A DNA stretch of 62,193 bases, counting the filler, from Diploschistes diacapsis (Eukaryota): the NCBI GenBank assembly GCA_023645945.1. It is 20 parts of 20 records of this genome, joined end to end, with 100 filler letters (N's around TTAATTAATTAA, not from the genome) between each part and the next. Parts side by side here need not be neighbours in the genome. Positions count along the whole stretch, not along the records: positions 1 to 24,001 come from JALAIB010000250.1; 19 more parts are not named here. The stretch is one strand, 5' to 3'. Below are positions 12,420 through 24,101 of this stretch, in pieces. Each line of letters starts with the position of its first letter. Positions within the stretch are counted from its first letter, which is position 1. The position numbers were made by a program, and so were the translations under genes. The notes below the pieces were generated by a model. It saw only the letters and a list, made by a program, of their open reading frames with translations, was not told the DNA's origin and did not search any database.

Positions 12420-13851
12420 ATGGCGTATAGCCTATTCCAGCGGGGTGTAGGCGCGCGGTCACGAAGCAGCCTTGGTCCTTTTGGTCTCCGCCATATAGCC
12501 CTACTCAACACAGTATCTTCTTCTTCAAAGGTGCCATGGTCGCAACCTCCAGCCTTCGCTCCTGTGCCCGAGGAAACAATCGTTGAGTTGACGAATCACT
12601 CCATACATCAGTTGACTCTGTCAGATCTGGTCAAGTAACGGCGCCCGTCAACTCGTGCTTCAGTCAATTGACTAATTCTTGGACCAATCTAGCCATGGCC
12701 GACCACCACTCACCAAAGATGCCCTCTTAGCTTCTGCAAACTTCACTTCTGGCTTAATACCAATCCGTCTTGCCCATCGAGTGCATGCTCTTCGCAACCT
12801 TCCGTTCATAGTCGCTTCGAACCCGAACATCTCTCGCATCTATGGGAATTACCTGCATTCGTTGCAAACACTTATTCCATTTCATAATCGGGAGTTCACG
12901 ACAGTCGAAGAAGAGGTTGGCTTCACAGATGCTCTTGCGGACTTGGTACAAACTCATGCAAACACCATACCAGTACTTGCGCGGGGCTTTCTGGAGTGCA
13001 GGAAGTACATATCGCCAGAGCTTGTGACCACCTTCCTTGACGAGCATCTACGTGCACGTATCGGCACTCGCTTGATCGCGGAACAGCACATTGCGTTGCA
13101 TTTGTCCTCGCAGCCCCACTGTGACGTTGCCGCCACTGCGAATGCAGTTGGCGAATCTTACATTGGGGTCATAGATACGGCTCTTCGGCCTGCTGCTGTC
13201 TTGGCTACCTGTGAAGCCTTTGTCAGCGACTTGTGTGAGCTGAAGTATGGTGTTAGACCGTCGATCGTGGTAAATGGCTCGCCAGAAACAACCATTGCAC
13301 ATATTCCAATGCATCTGGAGTATATCTTGACGGAACTCCTGAAGAACGCGTTTCGTGCGACGGTTGAGAGCGGCAAGGAGCGTGAGCCTGTGGAGATCAC
13401 TATCGCCATTGCAAAAGAGGACCAGGAAGACAAGGGCACGGGCAGCACAGACTGTGCGGGCACTGGAATAAGGAAGATTGGCGGCGGCGCTTCCGGACCT
13501 GGCGATGAAACCCTCACTATCAGGATTCGAGATCGCGGTGGTGGTGTCGCACCAGAGCATCTGCCACATATCTGGCGCTATAGTTTCACCACATTCCGTG
13601 GAGATCTCCCCGCTTCCACCGGGTCAGCTGCACCGACATACGGCACCGATGCTTTGAATGTGATCTCAAGTAGCAGCGACGATACGGGCACCATTGCCGG
13701 TCTTGGGTATGGGCTGCCGCTTAGTCGAGCATATGCGGAGTATTTTGGTGGCGGGATCCAGCTCGAAAGCCTGTGGGGATGGGGAACAGACGTGTACTTG
13801 ACCCTGAGGGGTCTTCGCGGCATCAAGGCTCAGGGAGTGTCTCAAAGTTAG
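12420..13851 (+). CDS. Mitochondrial pyruvate dehydrogenase / branched-chain alpha-ketoacid dehydrogenase kinase (GHKL family)
   Basis: Exon 1 starts at ATG 12420 (alternative in-frame ATG 12405); intron 12635-12692. Motifs: LPIRLAHR-like IPIRLAHR, RARIGTRLIAEQH, N-box ELLKNAFRAT, G1 IRDRGGG, G2 AGLGYGLPLSRAYAEYFGG, GWGTDVYL. Confidence 0.93.
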
Positions 13852-14279
13852 GCGGTGCTTTTCAACTTTAGTTTGTCGTTTATTGCCGAGAACTCTGTCC
13901 CTTGGATATCCCAAGCCCAAGGGCAACTGGACTAGAAACTGACAACATCTTCGAAATAGCGTCCGTTATATCTTGCCCCCAGTCTTTGCAAGTCTACTCG
14001 CTATATAAGGCCAACCAATTCAAGTTCCAAGGTTTCTAGGAATGCCTACATCAGGCCCGATGATGTATTGATAGAAACATCTCTACAATTCCTTCCAATT
14101 GTGACCCTCGGCTTCCATTTCTAGCCACTCCCCAAATTATATCTTCTTTGTGTTGCCTAACGCTAAATTGCCGTCCGTCCCTTGGCAGCTGTGCAGTGCT
14201 TTTCTTATTGAACCCCATGAGACCTCCCCAATCGCACATTACTTCAGAATTACTGCTTCACACCCATGCCATAAACCAG

Positions 14280-14932
14280 ATGCTCTCCATATGCCATCTT
14301 GCCGCTGCTCTAGCGTCGATGGCGCTTCTGAGAGTATCGTCCGCGCATGCCACGCAGGACCACATCCTAGCCAACAGCAACGTTGAAGAACGCCAAGATT
14401 GTCTCGACAGGGAAATACATTCTACCGATCTGTACTCGACCTGGTTACGAGAGCCCACGCAGGCGACGAGGGCTGCAACGGCAACAACAGCCAGAACACG
14501 TTCCGTTCTCGACCACGCCGTCAGCCACGCCCATCACCACCGACACACGGCCGGCCAGGTTGCCCTGGCGCCCACTACAAGCTTTCGCGCAGCCTTGTAC
14601 GAGTTGGGGGAGAACCTCGACTGGTCCGGGATGGGGGGTGAATTTCACGTTCCACAACGGCACCAAGGGGCAGTTTGGGCCTGTGGGGGATGTAGGTTCT
14701 GCTTTTTTCGTTCAGCGCTTTTTTGCGCTTTGTTTTACCTTGTTGTTTTTTTACTTGCTCGTTTCTGAATGCGTTGGGCTGACGGAGTCGTCGCGATCGG
14801 TACTACCTACCAACGCACGGAGGCGACAAAAACGGCAGCTACGCAGGCTTTTTTGCAACGAGATTGCGTCGGTGGTCGACGGCAGCGGATGGATGGGCCG
14901 ACGTATGCCAGTTGCCTGAGAATACTAAGTAA
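14280..14932 (+). pseudogene. Probable small secreted protein gene, frameshifted
   Basis: Signal-peptide-like start MLSICHLAAALASMALLRVSSAHA. Coding-looking segments hop between frames (GDEGCNGNNSQNT; AALYELGENLDWSG; NFTFHNGTKGQFGPVGD; YYLPTHGGDKNGSYAGFF). An intron-like T-rich segment starts at GTAGGT (14692). No family recognised. Confidence 0.3.
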
Positions 14933-15417
14933 GGATTCCTGTTGGAATGAGCCTGAAGATGGTCCCGATGTTGGCGCTTGAGGGATCTTTGTAGAAACTC
15001 GGTGGGGTGTAAAAAAAGGGATTTGACGGGTGTTGAGCATAGTTGGGGCTTCTTGTTGCTGGCGCTTGATGGCACGCTTTGAAATTACTTTCAGGACTTC
15101 GGTCAGGTTTCTATGAATCTTCCTTGGTTATGGGCATCATGATGGCTAGGCTATTCGATGTGGATTTGAAAATATATATTGAGCCTCCAACCTTTTCTGT
15201 ACAACTATCCCCACCGCAACTGCGGTCTGAAGCAAGATTCAAACGAAAAAGGCCTATATATTCTCCACGTCTTTTCTCGTCTACAATGATTGAACATTCT
15301 TGTCCTCCACTCATCTCTCCTAATCAAATAAGCACATCCTTCCAAGCCACGTTGTATCTTTCGGTTTTGATCCTGCACAACGGCAGAACCTATCAAGCAT
15401 CCTCGGAATTTGTAATC

Positions 15418-16378
15418 ATGTCACCAATCGAAGATCTTCGGTCAGAAACCGCAAAGGATCCCCTCAAGCCAAATATGAGAGTTGCGACATCAGAGTCAAG
15501 CCCCGAGCGACTCCGTGATAGTGTCAGGGCTGCACCCGACCAAAGCTTGGACGACCAGAGCGACTGCGTGGATCACAGCACAGCAGCTTTTCAAGGCTCG
15601 GAGCTACAGATATCTTCCTCTGCATCCCTGCTTAGGCAGCCTGAGGTAGGCCATTTGACACTAAAGTGTATGCAGTTGATATTCACAGCACGAACTTCAG
15701 CAAACAATAGAAGAACGATTCAAACCAATATCAAGAGTAGATGAAATAATATCAGGGCCAAATAAACTAACATCAGAAATGGAGGATAAACCAGATAAAC
15801 TAAGAGCAAAGCTGGATAAACTAAAACAGGCCGTGACCAAAATGTGAAAGATGGTTACTGCACGAGAGAATATAGCCACCGATCTTTTAAGATCTTGGGT
15901 TTTCGAAAGGGGAGCCGGAAAACTACTGATGGATCTTACAAAGGCCGTTGCAAAAGAGCTTTGGGAGACGGAGGCTCTGAAAGAGGGCAACGACCATTCC
16001 ACCGCAGCGATAGGGCAGTAGTTTGACTCCCTAGACTACCGTGAGCTGGAGCGATCCAGCCCCCCCCGGCAGTATCACAGAATCTTCGCAAGATCGGGGG
16101 ACCAAGTGAGCCAAGGAACCACCGGCTGGCTTTCGGAGCTCATCGTCGATAGATACTGGCCGAAGGGCTCCGCCTCGCACGCCGAGCTCGCGTCCAGATT
16201 CAACGTTTCCAGCAACCGAGACGATGTGGGAGTCCTGTTGGGAGCTATGGCGGTACGTCTGTGGAGAAAGTCCGACAGCTTCAGCCGCGAAGTATATGCG
16301 AGAGAATGGTCTACTTCCCTTCGATTAGGGATTATTCGACGCTACAGCAACACGCGTTGTTTGCTACGCTGCTTGTAA
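15418..16378 (+). pseudogene. Degenerate hypothetical coiled-coil protein gene
   Basis: MSPIEDLRSE...LLRQPE, then a GTAGGC...CAG intron, then QTIEERFKP...KLRAKLDKLKQAVTKM*KMVTARENIATDLL...AIGQ*FDSLDYRELE, read through two in-frame stops. Confidence 0.35.
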
Positions 16379-16638
16379 GCATTCGCAATATTGCTCGAGC
16401 TTGGGCAGCTTTTGGTCTGATGGGCCCATTTCTCCGGATGCTTGCTAATAGGAAATTGGTGAACCATTGAAAGCTTCAGATATTGAGACTGTGATGTTGA
16501 CGTCTACCAGGAATAGTGGAGAATGGGTTTATGCAACCAGTTTTTGAGAATTTTTGATGGTCAGATGTCGATCAATCCGCAATGCAGAAGTATCACCAAA
16601 AGATGAGACGAGTGAGTTGAGGAATTTTGATAGGCACA

Positions 16639-16923
16639 TGTCACAAACTTAATCTATTGGAGATCACTCCAATATTAATTCGTCTTTATTTTTCTTTTTC
16701 GAGAAGCTTCTTTTCAAACCGTCTTTGGAGACCCCTTAGTATCATTACAAATTTCTTACACACTATATCAATACATTTATGTCTTCGAATAGACTAGCAA
16801 TCATTCTTTTATTTCTTAAGTTCATTTCGTTAGGTCTTCCTTAAATATCTTACTTAATAAGATTATTTATTATTGTAATTTTATTATTTATTAAATCACG
16901 TGTTCGGGTATTAGGGTCACGAT
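16639..16923. repeat. AT-rich RIP-like relic, possibly a degenerate solo LTR
   Basis: Abrupt AT- and TpA-rich island inside ~50% GC DNA. It begins TGTCAC and ends near GTCACGA. No second copy in the window. Confidence 0.35.
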
Positions 16924-17103
16924 TCTACGCTGCATCTGCCCCTTGTTTACAGCGCATGTGTTGGTCTTTGCATATTGTTGCTTATTCGCAAATACGATTT
17001 CGGGCCAATAGTTTTCTCGTTTAAACATATGTGGGAAGAGCGAATGCTTGGTTTCCTAGCTTTTGAATTTATTTATGGTTATGCATTATGCTTCGATTTG
17101 AGA

Positions 17104-18194
17104 ATGAATACAACAAGCAAGGATCCAGAAACTTATATCCTTTCTCACTTGCGTGAAGATAAGGAAGAAGATCAACGCCTCAACTACCAGCACGAGTTAA
17201 TTAAACATGCCATTTTGGATGGTCGGTTGCTGCATCCTGTTATTGCTGATAGGGAGTTCAAGAATGGTATTGCTGATATCGGCTGCGGCACTGGTATCTG
17301 GCTCGACAATATGGCGAGGATGATTTCTGCTCAGGGCCGAGGTACTGAGAGTAACGGCCGTATGCTGGTGGGATTCGACGTAAACGTTCACGCGTTTAAC
17401 CCCAAACCGGGCTGCAGGCGTTCAATTAATCGAGCATGACTGCACCAAGGCCTTCGAATTAAAATATTGGAACAAATTCGACCTTGTTAACATCCGCGGC
17501 CTTGCATACGCCCTGCCATATGAGACTTTCACATGCCTAGCAGAGAACGCAGTACAGCTACTAAGTAGGAGAAGAGCCTGGTCGCTGGAGAGAGAGAGAC
17601 TTGCTAAACGGTCATAGGGCCTGGGGGGTATCTACAATGAACCGAGACCGAAGCACGGCTCTGGAAGGCGTATCCAGATGCCATTGAGATAAATGAAGTC
17701 ACTGAAAGTCGTTGAGAATGAGCGTCATGAGCGTGCTCTGATCCCCATAATAGGGCGCTCTGCTCTATCTGACCTGAAACTCCAATTAAGTGCAACATAC
17801 TCTTCCGCATTTCATGCTCCGACAACTTCTGTCTTTGAACATGAGGTTCAAGCCTGCTCGGCTACTCCCCAGCGGAGACACGATGACTATTCTTAGTTTT
17901 GAATTGCGTCCAGGAGGTGTGAGTAGAGCTCAGCAATGTAAAGACACTGAGCTGAACCAGCGCTTTTCCGATCTCTTGCTCGAATCGGTCAAGCTCTTCT
18001 TGGACGGGTCTATAAGGCGCAGAATGTCCTCTGCGGATGAGCGAACCGAGAACGACAAGGGCATTGTGGATGATCGTGAGCTAAAGGACGTACAGAGGCT
18101 TTCGAATTGTATTGAAGAAGCTCAGAAATCCAACAGCATCATGATGGGCGGAAGCTTCCCCTATCTTGTTGCACAGAAGTCGCTTCTGGAATGA
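17104..18194 (+). pseudogene. Class I SAM-dependent methyltransferase (LaeA-like/Methyltransf_23 type) pseudogene
   Basis: EDQRLNYQHELI, IADIGCGTGIWL and LVGFDV motifs. A +1 frameshift near 17410 restores GVQLIEHDCTKAF...FDLVNIRGL. After the intron, RPGGYLQ*TE has TGA at 17638-17640 where Trp is expected. Confidence 0.8.
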
Positions 18195-18418
18195 CGAACC
18201 CACAAAAGAGCGCAGTGTCTAATTGTTGAACGACAGGAATAGCATGCTAGCCAATACGACCAATAGTCCTATGATGGAATATTCGTCGTTGATACATGTT
18301 TTGACTGAGTGAATCAATATACCTATACACTGTGCTTTCCGACCACCGTGTTCAAACTTGAGTCACGAAATACATAATCTTCCTGATCCCTTACATTGGT
18401 TCCATGGACAGTACTGCT

Positions 18419-19878
18419 CTATGGTGGTACCTCAAGCTCTTTGGACCCTGGCATACGCTCAATCCCATGTTCCTCGGTCGTGTATAGTTGATTCTCTCCC
18501 ACCCAGTCCTTTAATGTGTCGAAATTTCGACATTTATGCTGCCTGCCCGTCAATCACTGGTCAGCGGGACGATTTGTTTCGGAGTAATAAACACTCTTAC
18601 ACGTTAAAATCTGGAAACGGCGCAGGGTGACCCTTTACCCAGACATACAGTCAGGTGCCAAAAGTAGTTAGGTCCCCCCCATATCTCACCAAAATCGATC
18701 AACTTTGTACCCAAACATCTTCCCCAGCAATGTGCCAAATCGGAAATTTAAAGCTTTATAAAGAACTTTAAGAGCGTTTATGTACAAGAGATTTTCTACG
18801 AAATTTTTATAACAATTTCTTGAGTGCCTAATATGCGGTTAAACATTTAAGAAAAATGGTCCCCGCCAAAAATCGCGGTTACGGGTGCGGTAACTGTACC
18901 CTCGCTTTTTTCAGTCGCATCTTGCGGCCCCCCAGGAAAATGTAAAAATTTTTGAAAAAAAAGCGAATGAATATTTGAAGCTTTTAAAAGGCTCTTATTT
19001 TTTTTTTAATTTTTAAAAACGTTTTCGCAGAGATATAGGGGCTAAAAAAGGGACTTTTTTGGTGAGAAATTGGGGGGACCTAACTACTTTTGGCATAGTA
19101 CTGTAGGTCAAGATCCCCGTGTCGGTGTCGCACATTAGCTATAACTTATCAATTCCTACAGTTCTGTCAAAGTCCAATCCTTTCAAGAAGCCTACCTTCT
19201 GACGTAAATTATCGATGCAATGATCGAGATGGTAACGCAGCGTTTGAGGGCTGTCCCGCCAGGGCCCGGCCTTATCCTTGTAATAGTCCCAGTACGAGGC
19301 CTGCCGGAGCATATTCAGGCAGTGTAACTGATGTAGCACCTCGAAAGAGGCTATATAACCCCCGCCCAGTTCTGGGCGCCAGCTCTACCGAGTACTCGGC
19401 GGATGCATTCACCGCCTTCAAGGTCTGTTTGGAAATGCTGATAGCGCCTCCTGCCGCAGTTAGCAGGAAGATGTAAATGGTTTGGAAATGAGGAACCAAA
19501 CAAACCATCGCCATAGGTGATACTTTTGCATGCTGCGTCAATCGCTGGGCTCGGAAGACCTTTATATGCATTGGGCATGACAAAGCTACCGTCAAGCCGT
19601 CGATAATGGCCCGATCCCCGGATGGCTTCAATAGCTGGAGAATACATAGGCATATGATCCTCACAGTAGCCTGGTCGTGGTGCAGACTCTCGAGTGCAAA
19701 GACTGTTTAGAAATATACCGAGAGAGACAAAGAAGAAGATGACTCGCAAGATCCAAAGGTAAATATATGTCTTGTTCCCGTAACGAGGCAAGCGAAAAGC
19801 TAGATTTTTGTCATCCTCGTCTCTACTACACTCCTTTCCAAGAAGGCTTTTCTTGCAGAGCTTGTCGTCGGGATGCAT
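18419..19878 (-). pseudogene. ustYa: UstYa/DUF3328 RiPP oxidase with two HXXHC motifs, disrupted by a MITE and a frameshift
   Basis: N-terminal TM helix, YSPA, SPAIDAA, then GGYIASFEVLHQLHCLNMLRQ...HLDHCIDNLRQK|LMCDTDTGILT[MITE]YVWVKGHPAPFPDFNV|QHKCRNFDTLKDW...VPP* (stop 18419-18421). Extra base at about 19375. Confidence 0.92.
18648..19103. mobile_element. 456-bp Tc1/mariner-derived MITE with TA target-site duplication
   Basis: The left end CAGTCAGGTGCCAAAAGTAGTTAGGTCCCCCCC and the inverted right end CAGTACTATGCCAAAAGTAGTTAGGTCCCCCC are near-identical for about 45 bp. TA at 18646-18647 and 19104-19105. AT-rich non-coding interior. Removing the element plus one TA restores the host reading frame (ILT-Y-VWV). 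Confidence 0.93.
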
Positions 19879-20515
19879 TTTGTTTCAGAGGTCTACTCGA
19901 AGCTCATTCCACAGTTAATGAAGGGAAGGTAGACCAAAATGAAAGTTACAATGTTCTTGGAATGGCAGCCTCTGCAGTGGAACATCAGTCAAGTCCTCTT
20001 TCCTTGCTTGGGCACCTACCAGTAGCGGACAAGTCGGTAAGATCAAAATGGCTATGGGGCGTTGCTGAAGCCACAGCTGCAAAGCCTTTCAGGGTAAGCT
20101 TGATGACTCGATTAGGCATATTTGATCCAGAGCCGACAAGCAAGCGCGCATTGACATACAAGCTTGCTTGGCTTGCTTGTCTTACCTTCCCGACGTGGTA
20201 TTTAGATACGACGATCAGACGCAAGGCAGCTGAGAGAATATGTGGGTATGATACCCCTTCCCAATATGTGCTTCATGTGGCAACTGCCGTGGGAAATATG
20301 CATTAGACCATCCTCTAACCAGCCAGGTTGGAGCAACCTTCGAGACCAGAAATATCAGGTGAGCCTTTTGTTCAAGCACCTCTCCGTCCCGCTAATTAGA
20401 TATTTATATCTTGTTTATCTCAACCTGTGGGCATTGAATTCCTTATGTTAGACTACCCTTTGCATTTTCTCTCCCCCAACCCAGCTGCTGTGTCCCAGTT
20501 CTCACTTTAGCCCTC

Positions 20516-20813
20516 ATGCAGTCTAACCTTCTCCTGCTACTCACTGTCCTGGCGGGGGCCGTCATGGCTGCTCCGGTTGTTGTCCCCAAGGACAGCAGTT
20601 CAGTTGTGAACTCTCGCTTCATCATCTACAACGATGGCAATATCGCCCGTGACATCAAAACCAAAGAGAAATGGCGAGAACGCTGTAATCAACACACGTT
20701 CCATCACCTACGAAGACTGTGATTTTGTTCCTCGCGATGCCGACGCCGATCCACGAGATGCATTTAAGAATTGTAGATCAATAAGTTGGCTGGGGCTGTA
20801 CTACGTTGCATAA
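20516..20813 (+). pseudogene. Dikaritin-type RiPP precursor (signal peptide plus 2 repeats, Kex2 KR site), one frameshift
   Basis: MQSNLLLLLTVLAGAVMA-APVVVPKDSSSVVNSRFIIYNDGNIARDIK. Deleting one A from AAAA (20657-20660) continues it as PKRNGENAVINTRSITYEDCDFVPRDADADPRDAF...* (TAA 20811-20813). It is divergently transcribed from the UstYa gene. Confidence 0.7.
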
Positions 20814-21490
20814 CAGGTCTGGGTCAGCAGGCGGCATGTATCTATCCAGAGGCATTGGAAAGCGTGCACTCCCATAACAATTAGCTCATGTGGGAAAATG
20901 CAACTTTGGTATGATTTTATACGCCTCTTGATTCTTGTTACCTTTTCCGGTGGATATTTGCTTCAGTATGGCCACCGCACCATCCAAATGACTGTTCTCG
21001 TTGGTAGTCTTTCGCTCTTCTCTTCCCATCGACTCGCCTGGAAAGAGGCGGGCTAGATAGAACACACAACTCTTCTCTCCACCCACCTTTTCTCCGTCGC
21101 AAGGGTGGCTAATTAATTGGCTTAGGAAAAGACGCACCACCTTCTAAGCAACACTCACATAGAACCCGCACGCATACCGTATAGCGTCCTTGTACATGAT
21201 TCCATGGGAAGGTTGGCTGCCTGATGCAGAGCGAGGCTTCTCGGGGCTATGGCAGCCTTTGCCACTAACTTGCATCATTGTTTGGAAAGACGTATGGATT
21301 GCTTCTGTAAAGGGTTTTTTTGGGATCTCTAGCTGTTACACAAATGTCTTACTGCTTTATTTAAGAGGGCCGACATAGGAACGATGGTATCCGGAGTCCG
21401 CCATTTGTTAGAGAATCGGATAGGCTCTAAAAGCTGTTACTTGACCAAAGTCTCTACACGCTTCCGGTATCCGTATAATAATTAACAACG

Positions 21491-22529
21491 ATGGGGGGAG
21501 CAGCAACCATTGTCATCACCGTGACTATAGTCCTTGGAATTTTGTCTATTATCTCAGTGACTCTGCGTCTATACTGTCGCATTGCCTATCAAAGATCCCC
21601 CTTGGGTCCCGACGACTACTGTGTCATTCTGGTATGGGCCCTTTCCACATATAATTGTGTACGGAAGCTGATCATACCATAGCTGCTTTCAATTGGTATT
21701 AGTGTTGTCAGCGATTATACAGCATCAGTTACAGGAGTGGGTGATGAGTCCTATCAGCCTACAATAGACGAAATCATGTTCGCTTTAAAGGTATAGTGTC
21801 GATGTTTGAAGAAGAGTCGCCTATGCATTGACCATTGGGAAGGCCAATTTTTGCCGCCGAAAATAGTCAGATTGCATTCATGGGCTTCGTCAAGGTGTCC
21901 TTGTTGCTCTATTATCGACGAATATTCATTTCGCGACCATTCATCATCTTCTCGAAATGGCCCGTCTACAAGCAGTGGAATCCCGAAGCTGATTATAACG
22001 TTGACGTTTCGGCGGTTCTGATAAGTTTCGTTGTCGGAAACGCCATATTTGATCTATTTACCCTTGCCTTGCCGCTGGCCACGCTCCGCGGCCTCCAAAT
22101 GAATTCCAATCGAAAGCTCGTCTTGTCGATCGTCTTCATCTTCGGCAGCATGTGCGTGGCCTTTGCCCATCTCTATTTCTCCATGTAGAACTCCCCAGTC
22201 CGCTGGCAGCCATTGGCAGCTGCATTTTAGCTTCCCTCTTCCGCCTGTATTATGCCGTCTGGTACATCCGTGTGCCTGCAACTCCAACCTCCCTGTTTGA
22301 AGTGCCCTTCATTTACAACAGCCTCTGGGCCATCGTTGAGACTCCCATATTCATCATCACCACCTGTCTCCTGACTCTCGGGCCGCTTTACCGCTCGTGC
22401 GACGGCCCCAGCTCGCTTCTGCGCAGTCTGCGTTCCCTGCTGCGCTCGCGCCGTACAGTTAAACCGAGCAGGGATATCTGGAGAAAACAGGAGAAGGGTG
22501 GAAGACACGAACTCGACGAGAAACAATAG
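21491..22529 (+). pseudogene. PTH11-like / Sat4-family integral membrane (rhodopsin-domain) protein, probably pseudogene
   Basis: SVTLRLYCR...LGPDDYCVIL, KVSLLLYYRRIF, NAIFDLFTLALPL...MNSNRKL, WAIVETPIFIITTCL motifs. An extra T at 21848-21852 breaks the frame after intron 2. One TM segment appears deleted between FISRPFIIFS and KWPVYKQW. Confidence 0.7.
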
Positions 22530-23501
22530 CCTCCATGCTTGGGTGCTGCTCCAAGAGACAGGCGAGGTGGAAGGGCTGGATGCTACCCACAGGGCCCAAC
22601 TAGAAATGACAAATGCCATTAGCGATGATCTAGGATTGCATGGGAGACAGGTGGAGTAGCAAAGGAGAAGATAGTAAAAGAACCGAGCGAATAAAACGGC
22701 CTTTGGGCTCAAAAAGTTTTTACTTTTCATTTAAATTACAAGACACATAGCATGAAACTAATACCGGTTGCGACCGTTGTGAGCATGGCTCCTTTAAGTC
22801 AATTCTTAACTATAGCTGTAGCGATTGTAATGTTGGACTGAGACGGGGTGATGGGAAGCCGTATGATCACTTTGATGTCTGCAACACAAGTATTCCCATA
22901 ACACCAAAACTTACCGACTTACGAAAAAACCCCCCCAAGCGTACCATAAAATTCTTGTACTATCTCTTTACTAGTAGGAGTTCAACCGCGCTTTGCGCTT
23001 TGTGCCGACTCCCGACCACATCCTAACAGCGGCAGAGTGGCCGCAAACGGTGGGGGCTTATGCATTTGGGTCCCCAACTCTTAAGCCTGGCTACAGTGCT
23101 TTCGGATACACATGGTCACAGTCACAAGCAAGCCTGCACGGCAGGTTGTGAAGCACAAAACCTACCTGGAAGATTGGACCAATAAGCCAAGCCAGGCGTC
23201 ATTATTGAACGGACCTCCCCCCCCTTCCTCTCACATACATAAGGTGGAATATCAGTTTGCAGCGCCACGCACACGCCGGAAGGGGCAGGCGAGGTGCTTT
23301 TCAAAGCCTGCTCTGCTACACTCCCAGTGGCTCGCGCAGTACCCATGCCGCCCCTGACTTTTTTGTAAACCAGGCAAGGAGCACGGTCAGAGAGACTCTC
23401 CTTCCTCAACATTCAAAAGCACGAGTGATTGCATCCTCATCTTTAGCTCGAGAATATCACAACCTTTCCGAGATTTTCCTCTACCTACTTCATTATCCGC
23501 T

Positions 23502-24001
23502 ATGGCACCTTCAGATGCTCCCATCATCGTGATTGTCCCCGGAGCGGCGCAAAAGCCAGCCCACTACGCCTACCTCCAACACCTCCTCCACCTCCTCCAC
23601 CAGAAAGGCTACCCCACGCTCTCCGTTCCCTTGCCCAGCACTGGTCCCGTGGGGCCAGTGACCGTGCAGGACGACGCCGACTTCGTCCGTTCTCGTCTGC
23701 TCCTACCCGTCCTGGACATCGAGAACCACAACGTCATCACCGTCTCTCATTCGTACAGCGGGATCCCTACAACCGCTGCTGCCCACGGCCCTTGCTAAAG
23801 CCGAGAGCGTGCGGCGCAGGGAAAAGCCACTTCGGTCCTCGGCTAGATCTTCATCGCCGCAGTGCTGACCAAGGGGCGGAGACGGGCAAGGGCGTGGTCG
23901 ACGCTTTTGGCGGACAGTACCCTCCCCATCTTGAAATCGACGTATGTCCGATCTCTCCGTTCCTCGTCGTGGCTCTCCGTGCTCAACTCTCTCCGGGGGG
24001 G
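23502..24001 (+). pseudogene. Alpha/beta hydrolase (Abhydrolase_6 type) pseudogene, truncated by the contig end
   Basis: IVIVPGA oxyanion region, VSHSYSG nucleophile elbow, DDADFVR. Small duplications (9-nt HLL repeat, +C at ~23790, +AG at ~23805) and in-frame TAG at 23844-23846 (VLG*IFIAA). Confidence 0.8.
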
Positions 24002-24101
24002 NNNNNNNNNNNNNNNNNNNNNNNNNNNNNNNNNNNNNNNNNNNNTTAATTAATTAANNNNNNNNNNNNNNNNNNNNNNNNNNNNNNNNNNNNNNNNNNN
24101 N

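Noticed and set aside
24046..24057. Regularly spaced TTAATTAATTAA repeats about every 2 kb, superficially array-like
   Set aside because: Artificial six-frame-stop linker inside N spacers; not a CRISPR or biological repeat.
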